Below, piece after piece: positions 23,907 to 36,059 of a DNA stretch of 64,000 nucleotides. Numbering within the stretch: position 1 is the stretch's first letter; every line of letters begins with the position of its first letter. The notes under the pieces are model-generated. The model saw only the letters and a list, made by a program, of their open reading frames with translations. It had not been told where the DNA came from and did not search any database. Source of the stretch: Somniosus microcephalus. Lineage: Eukaryota. Location: NCBI GenBank assembly GCA_052327205.1, contig CM126208.1, forward strand, positions 109,430,001 to 109,494,000. Reading direction: 5' to 3'. Position numbers and translations under genes: made by a program.

Positions 23907-24733
23907 CTAGGGAAAGCACATGCAAACAGAATAAACCCCGCTAGACCTCTGTTCAATTGCATTAGAGTGAATAGTTAAAGGACATGTGACAAGGTGGGGA
24001 TTTATCTGTTACTGAATCAAGAAGAAAAATTTCTATATTTTTTTTATTCCTTTTACTCCCAGGTCCCTGTTCTACAGGTACTGCATCCTCAACATTTTGG
24101 ATTAATACCTTTCACAGCATGTCTGTAATTTATCCACCAAACCACATAAACACCATAAAATGAGTCAAAGCTGCCATCATGAAATTTTAATTTTTCAGAG
24201 CTGCGGTAAGCTTTCGATGTCAAACTTTAAACTAGAAAATGCTGCAATTTTTTAGGTTTTCTCCTTCCCTCTCCAAGGACTCTCCAAGATAAGAAGTTTG
24301 AGCCTAGAAATTATATTTGGTATTATTAGCAGACAAATGCTTCTCCTAGAGGGAAAGAGAAGTGAGATGTTCCTCTGCCTGCTGTTAATGGAGACATTAA
24401 CCATTTAATTTAATGGATTAATAAAACGGTGGACACAGCAATGTTATACAAGCACTTAAGTGTTTGCTGTTAATACTGTGTACTAATTTTAATAATCTAT
24501 ATATTTTTCTAATTTTATTTTCCAATATTTACAGAAATCATTTTTGCTGAACTTTAATGGTGGAACAATTAATGTAATTTTGAAACAGAAAACAGTCTAT
24601 CATAACTCAAAGGATTAAAGGTTAAAAGACCAAGTACTAAAGGGGGCAGGGGTTAAATAGTCCTATCTCTGTATAAGTAAAAATAAGATAAAAAGGAGAA
24701 AAATTCCTTATACATTTAAAAAAAAATTATAGT

Positions 24734-25310
24734 GGGCCAACATTTGCGATCGGAGGCTTCCCACGGGCGGGTGCCTCCGACCTGCAAAAATTCTATGAAT
24801 GTACCTGGTGGCCCGAAAAGTACGGAGGCTTGCGATCATGGGCCTCTCTGGGTCCGCGCAGGCAGAGGTCCCCGTATCCCAGGGGTGCAGGTGGTTCGTA
24901 GGCGCCCCTGGGATCACGTGGGCCGGCCCAACCAATAAAAGGGAAGGGTATGTACAGAACTCCAATAAGTATGAATGGCGATCACTTAAAAAAATACACC
25001 AACACATGAAATAATGTTTTTTATTACATATTTAAAATTAATTAAAATGCCATTTAATTAAATATTTTAAACAAAAATTAAATTTTTTGAAGAAAAAAAA
25101 TTATATGTATTTATGGGGCTAAAAATAAACTTACCTTATTGAAGAGTATTTTTAATTTATAAATGAGTGTTAAAATTTTATTTTTCTATTTTTTAAGACT
25201 CTTATGCTTACGCCTGCTTTTACCATGCATGAGAATTTGACAGGCATACAGCGAGCGGAAGTTGTGCAAACATCACAACTCTCCACCCGCAGAGGCCCAT
25301 TTCCCATTTT
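24734..25310. mobile_element. Truncated MITE of the 28241 family
   Basis: Start resembles the reverse complement of 28940-29002; shares CCTGGGATCACGTG and CCAATAAAAGGGAA. Confidence 0.7.
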
Positions 25311-26149
25311 CGGTGAAAGCACAAAACAGGCAATAGCGAATTGGCAGACCGTTTAACACTGCCTTTGATTTTCTTTTCCATTGAAGTCATTGTGTTCTCT
25401 GAATTGATTTATTTTACTTTTCCCATAATTATTTGCAAAAAAGATGGCAAAAAGCCAGAAAGTACCTTCATATTTCCAGATTAGAAAAGGGAAATTAATG
25501 CTTCATGGTCAGTTTCCCCTCCTTTCCTGGCCCACCGTCCTTAAAATGACCCAGGCAATATTAAGCATACTTCTCCTCTCCCTCAAGGAGAAGCCCATGC
25601 TTTGTAATGATATGCTACTATCAAATATAAATATTTTAATTAATTACTCATAATTTTTCAGTTGATATGAACCCTACTTTTTGATTGGTGCAGAACAGTG
25701 GCTTTAATTTATTAGCATCAGTAAGGCTAAATGGTTAATATTCCATGTTTTTACCAGCAAGGAGTTAAAGCTTTGGTAATCCACAACCATCAGCCATGAC
25801 CTCAATGGAGCAACATGGAAAGTAAATAAAACTAAAGGTATTGACAATTTCCTCTTATGTTGCTTAATTCATGGTTAAGAGGATAAAACAGGCACACACT
25901 CACCAACAGTTTAGATTACTAAGTGGAAAACCTTGTCAAATGACCTTTAAGCATGTTACAATGCTTAGCAAACGTGCACTTTACAAACTCAATCATATCT
26001 TCAAACCGTTATTTATGAAACATACACTAAAGGTTGAAGCTGCAATATCCCTTTTCATAGGTTTGTAGAATTGGTTTGTTGTTTAAATGTTTTACAGCTC
26101 CTGGGAAAGATGGACTACCATAATCTACAGTATATACAAATGTTGTGCT

Positions 26150-26540
26150 CATCTCTAGAGGTTGACAGATCAGAACATAATCATTTCATCTTTAGGCCTT
26201 GTGTTTGATTCCAGTTCTGATGGAGGTGAAAGACAGTCCGTTCCCTCTGACTGCTGTGGGCAGTACTGAAATGAGTCTAAATGGAGGCCCAAGTGGACAA
26301 AAGCCCACAGCATAGAAATGGTTTCAAATCTGGTGTTGATTTACACTGATCTCGCAATCTTATTCAGAAGTTATAAGAACAGAGAGAGTGTAGGAATGGA
26401 AATGTGACACTACTGAAGCAAAAGACTTTCTGAAGTTGGGATTGAGGTATTTTATTAGAGGGAAGGAGGAAGCTATGCATTGTAGCCATTTAGCCTGTGA
26501 CATAGCAGACCTTGCTGTATGATGTATTGAGTGCATAGTT
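26150..26540 (+). mobile_element. LF-SINE-like element
   Basis: TTTCATCTTTAGG..GTTTGATTCCAG head, TGAAATGAG, AGTGGACAAAAGCCCACAGCA, GGGATTGAGG; collinear with 705-1075. Confidence 0.45.
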
Positions 26541-28240
26541 TAATTCCCGAGCACTGCATTTGGGAGCACATATGTAAAAAGATAATTAAAGCAACAGAAA
26601 ACTTACCAAAGTGGAATAAAGCTCCAGTAGTGAAGTCATTCCTTTTATTAAAAAACTCGCATTGCTCTCCATTTGATTATTGTGAATGTTTCTCAGCTGG
26701 TTCTTATCCTTCTGATAGATGCATTGTGTGACCACTTATTTAGGTTACCTGCATTTCTAGGATATTGTTTTCCTGCTATGGACTATGGTTAAGTGACACA
26801 ACAGTTCCTGTGTAAAGTTAGAATGACATCACTTTAATTACTTAAATAAGAATAAATCCATGGGGCAGGGAATCCACAGGAGATAGAAGTCCACTGTGTT
26901 ATAAAATGCCAATAATGGGCAATTCATGGTTCATAAGTCAAGGGTGATTTCCTGTGCTGTCATTATATTTCAAGGAAGTCAAACCCAAGTCTGTAAGATG
27001 AAAGGAAAATATGATCCGGCAGCCCGTGCTTTAACTACCAAGTTTTTTTTTAATAAACAAGAAAGAACTAGAATAATAAGTTCAAGTGAGTATGGAGTAC
27101 TGTGACCAGAGGTGTACTAAATAGCTGAGAAATATTCACAGCAATTATAAAGGAGCGAACTACTTCACCCCAGGGGTTTAAGTTCCATTTTTTTTCAAAA
27201 AATGTATGAGGAAGGTCGTCTAAGTAATCAAATAAGAGTTTTATACAGTGATAATTGTAAACCACTTCGCAAACAGCAACAAAGTGAGATAATGCAGTTG
27301 CTTACTTTAAAAAAAATCTTTTTGAAAAGAAATGTAATGCCTATAATAACCCCCAACTTAAAATTTGGAGAGGATACAATTATATCTAATATAACTATAT
27401 ATATATGTTATAAATAATATATTTTAAAAATTCGTTTATGGGTTGTGGGCATCGCTGGCAACGCCAGCATTTATTGCCCATCCCTAATTGCCCTTGAGAA
27501 GATAGTGGTGAGCTGCCCTCTTGAACCGCTGCAGTCCGTGTGGTGAAGGTACTCCCACAGTGCTGTTAGGTAGAACATATAATGTTGTTCCTTGAAGAAA
27601 AACCTTTAAACATGCATTACTAGATGTCTATTCTAACTGTTGTAATAATTGATTGCAAAGTTGAACATCAGGCACTATCTAATAGCAATAATAAACTCAA
27701 AGGCATGCAGATTTTAGAAACAATGCAGATGTTTCATTCATTGTTATGTAATTATGCATGATCATTAAGTGATTATTGACCAGTTATATCTACTGAAAAT
27801 GTTGCATGCATGGTTTCATGTTATAAATGCAGGAGCTGCTTATTGAGCTATATCCCTTCAGTCCTAGACAGCCATACCCACACTATCTAAGTTCATTGAC
27901 AGAGCCCAGCATGCAGATACTGTATTTCCACAAGCACTATCGATACTGCTTTTTGATCAAGCCACCATGAGCAATATCATAAGAGGTTCTACTCCCTCAT
28001 TAAATTTCTCTTCCTTTCCTCCCTTATTCTCAAATGAACCAGTCATCATTAGAAAACTGTTCTACCTCTTCAGAAGAAGCCCACAAACCATCACTCTTTA
28101 ATACAAATTTTGATATCACGCATAATGTCTATTTCTCCCTCATTACTAAAACTAGTCAGCACTGTAACACACTTATTTCATCATTCTGTAACACACTTCT
28201 TTGGTCATCTGTAAAGACAGCCTTACAGCAAGGATTTATT

Positions 28241-29002
28241 GGCCCAGAAATTCGGGTCCCAACGCGTGAGTACGCACGGGGTACTCACGCGTGGACCCGA
28301 TGGAAGTGCCGGTTTCTTGCATGCACTGCGCATGCGCGGGAAACCGGCACTTCCGATCCTCTGAACGAAGAGGTTCAGAGGTCGAACGTGCACGCAGGGG
28401 AGGCTGCGCGTGCGCTTTGAACTTAGTTTTTTTTTGCAGGTTTTCCCGGGAGGGTAAGCCTGCAGGATTTATACATTTAAAAAGCAGGCGTAAGGCCTGC
28501 TTTTTACAAGGTAAGTGGTCAATTAATTAAAATTAAAACATTTTTTCCACAGGTTTATTATTTTTAAATACTTTAAAGCAAGGTAAGTTTATTTTTAGCC
28601 CCGTTTTTTTATTAAATTACTTTTTTCAAAAATTTAAATTATTGTTTAAAATAGTTATTTAATGTAATTTATAGTTTATTTAAAAAGTGTGATTTAAAAA
28701 AAAAATTATTTGAAGGTTTACTGTTATTTTGAGGCCCGTAGCATTCATAAGTTTAGACAGGTCTTCCTGTCAATCTTATGAATGGGCATTTCCCTCCGAT
28801 TGGCTGCCCATGGCTCACGTGATCCCAGGGGACGCATCGCACTAACTACGCCCCTGGGACACACAAGCACAGCGCGCCGGCAGCTGGGCCAGGCCCCGGA
28901 GCGGAATTCCACAGGGCCCTACAGCTCAACTGCCGGCACGCAAGGTAAGTGCAGGTCGGGGGCTTGCACCCGCGGGAAGCCCCCGACCCGAATTTCTGGG
29001 CC
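28241..29002. mobile_element. Harbinger-type MITE (inverted, truncated relative at 24734-25310)
   Basis: Perfect 18-bp TIR GGCCCAGAAATTCGGGTC/GACCCGAATTTCTGGGCC; GC-rich ends with an AT-rich core. Confidence 0.88.
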
Positions 29003-30211
29003 ATGATATCTGATTATGGGTACCCTTCCAAAATGTCATAACCTTTTTTTTTCTCTTTACATATGCTGACTGATCTGTGTATTTCCAGTATTTTATATTT
29101 TTATTTCAGATTTCTAACATTTTCAGTTTTCTTTTTTATTTTACCATATCTTGATAATTTCAGATTACAAATGGGAAATTAATGTTAATTTGAATGAATT
29201 TACCCATAACAGCAATTGAATAGTGAGTGAATAACTGGGTCCATGAGCAATAATCAAATCATTATTAGAATAGCCTTCAGAAAGTGTATCCCAGGATAGA
29301 ACAATAAAAGGTTCTTATCCTTTAATTCCACGCATCAAAGACAATTCTCTTTTGACCTGCTTATGGCATGCCGACGGTATAATTGACTTGATTACATGCA
29401 GATAAATGACTGAAGCTCGGTGTAATAGCAAAACAACCACTGATTGCAATTTTCAGCAAAAGGTTTAAATAATTTTTTCCCCTCTTTCCTGGTTTGCACA
29501 CACAACTGTCACTGTAAAACATTTCTGTAAATCGACCTGGCAGATGAAACAGGGCACTATCAGTAATTGCTAAAACCTTTTATCCTACCACCACCTGGGT
29601 CCCTGAGATTCTACAATGCTCTGGATGCTGAAACTCGCTGCAGAATTTAATGTTTGCTGCAGAAATCACCCGCTGTTCTGGATCAGACAGAAAAGATAAA
29701 TCTGAAAAATGAATATGCTTCCAAATTTCCTGTCCAAATCCAAAGTGTCAACTTGGCTCAGTGGGGAGCACTTTTGTTTCTGAATCTAATGGAAGCAGGA
29801 TAGGGAGCAGGAAGAGGGGAGAGGAGGAGGCAGAAGAGAGGGGGGAACAGAAGAAATGTCAAAGGAGGGGAAGGGGAAGGTAAGAGGGGGAAGGGAAGTG
29901 GGGAGGGAAGTGGAGGAGGAGGAAAGAGAAGGGGAGGAGAATAGAGAGAAAGGAGGGAAGAAGGTGAGGGAAAGAACATAAGAACATAAGAACATAAGAA
30001 ATAGGAGCAGGAGTAGGCCAATCGGCCCCTCGAGCCTGCTCCGCCATTTAATAAGATCATGGCTGATCTGATCCTAACTGCCAATCCACTATCACAGAAC
30101 CATCTCCTGAATCTAACAGAATTAGATACACGAAATAGGAGCAGGATCAGGCTACACGGCCCCTGGGCCCGCTCCGCTACCCACAGGGCCACGACCGATC
30201 CGAACCCAGAC

Positions 30212-33030
30212 TCATGTCCAAATTCCTGCCCGCTCCCCGTAACCCTTAATTCCCTTTACTTCTAGGAAACTGTCTATTTCTGTTTTAAATTTATGTAATG
30301 ATGTAGCTTCTACAGCTTTTCGGGGCAGCATATTCCATGGACCTACCACCCGCTGAGTGAAGTAGTTCCTCCTCATCTCAGTTTTGAAAGAGCAGCCCCT
30401 TATTCCAGGTCTATGCCCCCTAGTTCTAGTTTCACCCATCATCGGGAACATCCTCCCCGCATCCACCCGATCCAACCCCTTCACAATCTTATATGTTTCA
30501 ATAAGATCGCCTCTCATTCTTCTGAACTCCAATGAGTAGAGTCCCAATCTACTCAACCTCTCCTCATATGTCCATCCCCTCATCCCTGGGATTAACCGAG
30601 TGAACCTTCTTTGTACTGACTCGAGAGCAAGTATGTCTTTTCATAAGCATGGACACCAAAACTGTACGCAGTATTCCAGGTGCGGTCTCACCAATACCTT
30701 GTACAACTGAAGCAATACCTCCCTATTTTTATATTCTATCCCCCTAGCAATGAAAGCCAACATTCCATTGGCCTTCTTAATCACTTGCTGCACCTGCATA
30801 CTAACCTTTTGAGTTTCGTGCACCAGGACCCCCAGATCCCTTTGTACTTCAGTACTTTCCAGTTTCTTGCCATTAAGATAATAACTTGCTCTACGATTTT
30901 TCCTCCCAAAGTGCATAACCTCACACTTTCCAGTATTGTATTCCATCTGCCAAATCTCTGCCCACTTACTTAGCCTGTCTATGTCCCCTTGCAGGTTTTT
31001 TATGTCCTCCTCACTCACTACTTTCCCTCCCATTTTAGTATCATCTGCAAACTTTGATATGTTACACTCGGTCCCCTCCTCCAAATCGTTAATATAGATT
31101 GTAAAGAGTTGGGGACCCAGCACTGACCCCTGCGGAACACCACTAGTTACTGATTGCCAGTCTGAGAATGAACCATTTATCCCAACTCTCTGCCTTCTGT
31201 TAGATAGCCAATCCTCTATCCATGCCAGAATATTACCCCCAATCCCGTGATTTTTTATCTTAAGCAATAATCTTTTGTGTGGCACCTTGTCAAATGCCTT
31301 TTGGAAGTCTAAATACACTACGTCCACTGGTTCCCCTTTATCCACCCTATATGTTACTTCCTCAAAGAATGCCAGCAAATTTGTCAAACATGACTTCCCC
31401 TTCATAAAACCATGCTGACTTTGTCCTATTAAATTATGATTATCCAAATGTCCTGTTACTGTCTCCTTAATAATGGACTCCAAAATTTTACCTACCACAG
31501 ATGTTAGGCTAACTGGTCTATAGTTTCCAGCCTTCTGTCTACTGCCCTTTTTAAATAAGGGTGTTACATTAGCAGTTTTCCAGTCTGCCGGGACCTTTGC
31601 TGAGTCCAGGGAGTTTTGGAAAATTATTACCAATGCATCCACAATCCCTACCGCCACTTCCTTCAAGACCCTAGGATTTAAGCCATCAGGTCCAGGTGAT
31701 TTATCCGCCTTGAGTCCCATTATTTTACAGAGTACCACTTCCTTAGTGATTTTGATCGTGTTTAGCTCCTCCCCCCCATAGCCCCCTGTTTGTCCAGTGT
31801 TGGGATATTCTTAGTGTCCTCTACTGTAAAGACTGATACAAAATATTCATTCAGTGTTTTTGCCATCTCCATATTTCCCACCATTAATATCCCGGTCTCA
31901 TCCTCTAAGGGACCAACATTTACTTTAGCCACCCTTTTTCTTTTTATATAACTATAAAAACTCTTACTATCTGTTTTTATATTTTTTGCTAATTTACTTT
32001 CATAATCTATCTTCCCTTTCTTAATCAATCTTCTTGTTATTTTTTGCTGTCTTTTAAAGTTTTACCAATCCTCTATCCTCCCACTAGATTTGGCTACCTT
32101 ATATGCCCTTGTTTTTAGTCGAATACTATCCTTAATTTCTTTACTTAGCCACGGATGGCTGTCTTTTCTTTTACACCCTTTTCTTCTCAGTGGAATATAT
32201 ATTTTTTGGAAGTTGTAAAATAACTCCTTAAATGTACACCACTGATCATGTATCGTCTTACCCTTTAATCTATTTTCCCAATCCACTCTACTCAATTCCG
32301 CTCTCATAACTTCATAGTCTCCTTTATTCAAGCTTAGCACGCTTGTTTGAGATCCAACCTTCTCACCCTCTAATTGAATATGGAATTCAACCATGTTATG
32401 GTCACTCATTCCAAGGGGATCCTTTACTAGGACATTTTTTATTAATCCTGTCTCGTTACACAGGACCAGATCTAAGGTTGCTTGCCCCCGGTCGGTTCAG
32501 TTACATACTGCTCAAGAAACCCATCCCTAATACACTCAATGAACTCATCCTCAAGGCAGCCCTGCCCAATTTGATTTGTCCAATTAATATGATAGTTAAA
32601 ATCCCCCATAATTATAGATGTTCCCTTATTACAAGCCTCAACTATTTCCTGATTGATACTCCGTCCAACAGAGTTGCCACTGTTCGGAGGCCTATAGACT
32701 ACACCCACTCGTGTTTTTTTCCCCTTACTATTCCTTACCTCCACCCAAACTGTTTCATTATCCTGATCTTTTGACCCAATATCATTTCTCTGTATTACAG
32801 TGATTCCTTCCTTTATTAACATAGCCACCCCACCTCCCCTTCCTTCCTGCCTGTCCTTCCTGATTGTTAAATAACCTGGTATGTTTAATTCCCAGGCATT
32901 GTCACCCTGCAGCCATGTTTCTGTAATGGCCACAAGATCATACCCCTATGTAGTTATTTGTGCCATTAACTCGTCTATTTTGTTATGAATGCTACGTGCA
33001 TTCAGATAGAGAACTTTCAAATATGTTTTG
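30212..33030 (-). pseudogene. CR1 ORF2 (APE endonuclease + reverse transcriptase), broken by stops/frameshifts
   Basis: LKVLYLNARS, ITETWL, GDFN, SDH, KSPGPDG, YLDFQKAFD, GVPQGSVLGP and KFADD motifs spread across ORF fragments. Confidence 0.93.
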
Positions 33031-33400
33031 TGACACTTAGGCCTAGAAATTCATTGTAGCCACTTTTGGGGCGGTAAAGTCGGGCGGCCGCTAAAGTTTG
33101 CGCCCGGCGCAAAATCGAGGCCACTTCTCCGATATTCATTAGCTTCGCCCTAAGAGTTTGCTCGAGCGCTAAAACTGGCGCTGCACGCCTCTCTTTAGGC
33201 GCTAAGCCGGAGGTGCTGAGCGAGAGCGCCGAGGCCGGGCGCAGCGCAGGTGCGGCCATCTCGTGATTGACAGCAGACACCCTGGCGCCGGCCAGCTCTT
33301 AAGGGGGAAGGGTCGACTTGGTCTGCTGCCACGCCCTGGATAGTGGAGCCCTCCAGCTAGGCCTGAACACTGCTGCTGGACCCAAATAGCACCTGAAGCC

Positions 33401-35626
33401 ATGCAGAAGGCCCGTGAACGAGCGCAGCGCTTCTCAGAGCTTGATCTGAGTGTGCTGGTTGGTGGTGTGGAGAAGAGGCGCCATATTTTGTACCCGGACA
33501 ATGGCAGGAAGGCGCTGGTCCGTGTCTACCGGAGAGCGTGGAGGCACGTCGCCAGCAAGGTGTCAGCCAACAGCGAGGTCCCCAGGACCGGTGTCCAATG
33601 CCGCAAAAATTTTAATGACCTCACTCAGATTGTCAGGGTGAGTACCCTTTCCAGTGTCCTCATCCTTGCATGTGCACCTCACATTATGGGCAAAGGGACC
33701 TGAAAGCCCTAATGGCCAGCCCTCATCCAGCAGCTATTGGACAGGCATGAACATCAATTGCACATTCTGCACTTAACACACTGGCCAAGCTATTCCACCA
33801 TGGGAGGCAGTGCACACAAGATCAGGGCTACACACTGGCCAGGCTATTCCACCATGGGAGGCAGTGCACACAAGATCAGGGCGACACACTGGCCAGGCTA
33901 TTCCACCATGGGAGGCAGTGCACACAAGATCAGGGCGACACACTGGCCAGGCTATTCCACCATGGGAGGCAGTGCACACAAGATCAGGGCGACACACTGG
34001 CCAGGCTATTCCACCACGGGAGGCAGTGCACACAAGATCAGGGCTACACACTGTACTTAGAGGCCGTCCTTTCTCTTGCAGGCCAAGCTGGCCAATAATA
34101 AGAAGAGCCGGACTGCGACCGGGGGAGGCCGACCCCAGATCCAGCCGCTCACCGAGCTGCAACATCGCGTGGAGCGCATCATGGGTGGCCGGGTGATTGG
34201 CCCCGTTGCATGTGGAGATGCCGACCCTGTTCTGGGCACCAATGGTAAGGACATCACCTTTTGGACCTCTCTCGTCCCACTTGCGCATCAGATCTACATC
34301 CTTTGCCACTGTCCGACCAATGCGCTGAATGCCACCACTCATGCATCCCTCGCTGATGCCCTCTCCTCACTCTAAAGCTACTTTTGTGCCTTCCTGCTTT
34401 CAGATGGTGAGGAGGAGGTCCCTGAACTTGCCAGTGACAGCCCCTCAGAAGAGGAGGAGGAGGAGGAGCAAGAGGAAGGCGGCCCATCAGGGGAACCCTC
34501 AGCCACGGCAACCCATGCGAATGTAGGGGACACGTCTTCCCTGGAGGGGAGCGTGGCGGAAGTGTCGGAGGGGAGGGGAGCTCATGGGACCTGCGGCCTG
34601 CAGAAACGCGGGAGGGGGGTGGAAGCTCAGCGGCCTTCTCCCCAGAGGGGGGAAGGGTCGGAGGGGAGTCCAATTGCTGGGCCCAACGGCGTCCAGCAAC
34701 GCAGGAAGGGTCGGCCAGCTCGGCGGCCTTCTCCCCAGAGGGGGGAAGGGTCGGAGGGGAGTCCAATTGCTGGGCCCAGTGGCATCCAGCAATGCAGGAA
34801 GGGTCGGCCAGCTCGGCGGCCTTCTCCCCAGAGGGAGAGTCCGGCCTCCAGTCCGGAGATGGTCTTCGCCGAGGAGATGGAACGCGTCGAGGACTTGTCC
34901 GCGGACTCGGAGCGCCGGCACACGGAGCTCATGGGGGTAGTGGCACGGTTGCCTGAGGCCATCGAGTCCCTCTCTCGGAGTGTGACCGAAGTCGGGGCCT
35001 CACAGGCCATCAGTTTGGCGGAATTCGGGGCAGAGCAGGCAGCGAGTCGGGCGGCATTCGGGGCAGATCAGGCAGCGAGTCGGGCGGCATTCGGGGCAGC
35101 TCAGGCAGCGAGTGGGCAGCTGATCAGTGGTGCCGTGCAGTCACTGGGTGCTCTGATGAGGTCACTGAACAGGTCAACACGGGCACTCACTGCTGCCACA
35201 CTTGCTGTGTCAGCCAGGCATCGCCAGGGCACCCGGCGCGCTGCAGCAGCACAGCGGTCTGTCCCTCGGCAGATTGGTGCACATGCTGCAGTGCTGGCCC
35301 GGGCGAGTGCCAGTGTCTCAGGCGACCAGCGAGCGCCTGCCATCCGCCAGCTTGCCCCCATTCCTCCAGCCGCCACTGCCACTCCCCCAGTGGAGCTGCC
35401 AGGAGCTGCTGCAGCGACTGATGCTGGCCAGCCACAGCTGCAGCATTCAACAGCCGCCCGCTCGACGGCCAGACCTCGACTAGGCCGACCCCCAAGGGCA
35501 TCTGCCGTCACGACATGTGCCCCTCTGGAGCCTGCCCCCAGCCTTGCAGCAGCCAATGGCCTTACTTTGAGGAGGAGCAGCAGGGCGGGCAGGGGCCACA
35601 CAAAGATGGCCAAGGCATCGCCCTAG
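33401..35626 (+). CDS. Harbinger Myb/SANT-like DNA-binding partner protein, 3 exons (33401-33637, 34082-34244, 34404-35626), 540 aa
   Basis: RAQRFSE...AWRHVA...RTGVQCRKNFNDL followed by AKLANNKKSRTATGGG; donors gtgagt and gtaagg, acceptors ttgcag and ttcag; phases 0 and 1 join into one 1623-nt open frame. Confidence 0.88.
33776..34053 (+). repeat. 54-bp tandem repeat x5 in intron 1 of the Harbinger Myb gene
   Basis: Unit ACACACTGGCCAGGCTATTCCACCATGGGAGGCAGTGCACACAAGATCAGGGCG; homologous 2-copy array at 16631-16738. Confidence 0.95.
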
Positions 35627-36059
35627 CGGGCCAAAAAGTCGAATGTGTGGCCAGTTGTGTTTGTTTTTTGAGGCCGAGAATTGGATGTTTGTTTTTTGAG
35701 GCCGAGAATTGGATGTTTGTTTTTTGAAGGCAGAGAATTGGATGTTTGTTTTTTGAAGGCCGAGGATGTGATGTTTGTTTTTTACGAAGGCCGAGGATGA
35801 TGGCCATTTTAGTTGCACTGTTTTGTTAATCCTCTCCAGGTTGTGGGAGCGAGTAATGTGTTTGAGTGTTTTTTGGGGGTTTCGTCTGTTTTTGGTTTTC
35901 ATGTGGGAAGGGCCCTGAGTTTGTACAATAAAGCATTTTATTTATTAACATTGTCCATGTTTGATCTTTGAAGTGTTTGTTGCCTTAACCGGCTGAGGGC
36001 TTGCGGAGCGGCTGCAATCATGTTCTTTCATTGGCACAAGCCATTCCCTGACAGGGGGC

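Noticed and set aside
29745-29790. tRNA-like A-box sequence
   Set aside because: Matches the SINE head at 52610-52655; not a complete tRNA
33737-34342. THWPGYSTMGGSAHKIRA repeat ORFs; CRISPR-like appearance
   Set aside because: Units are contiguous with no unique spacers, the context is eukaryotic, and the array lies in a predicted intron
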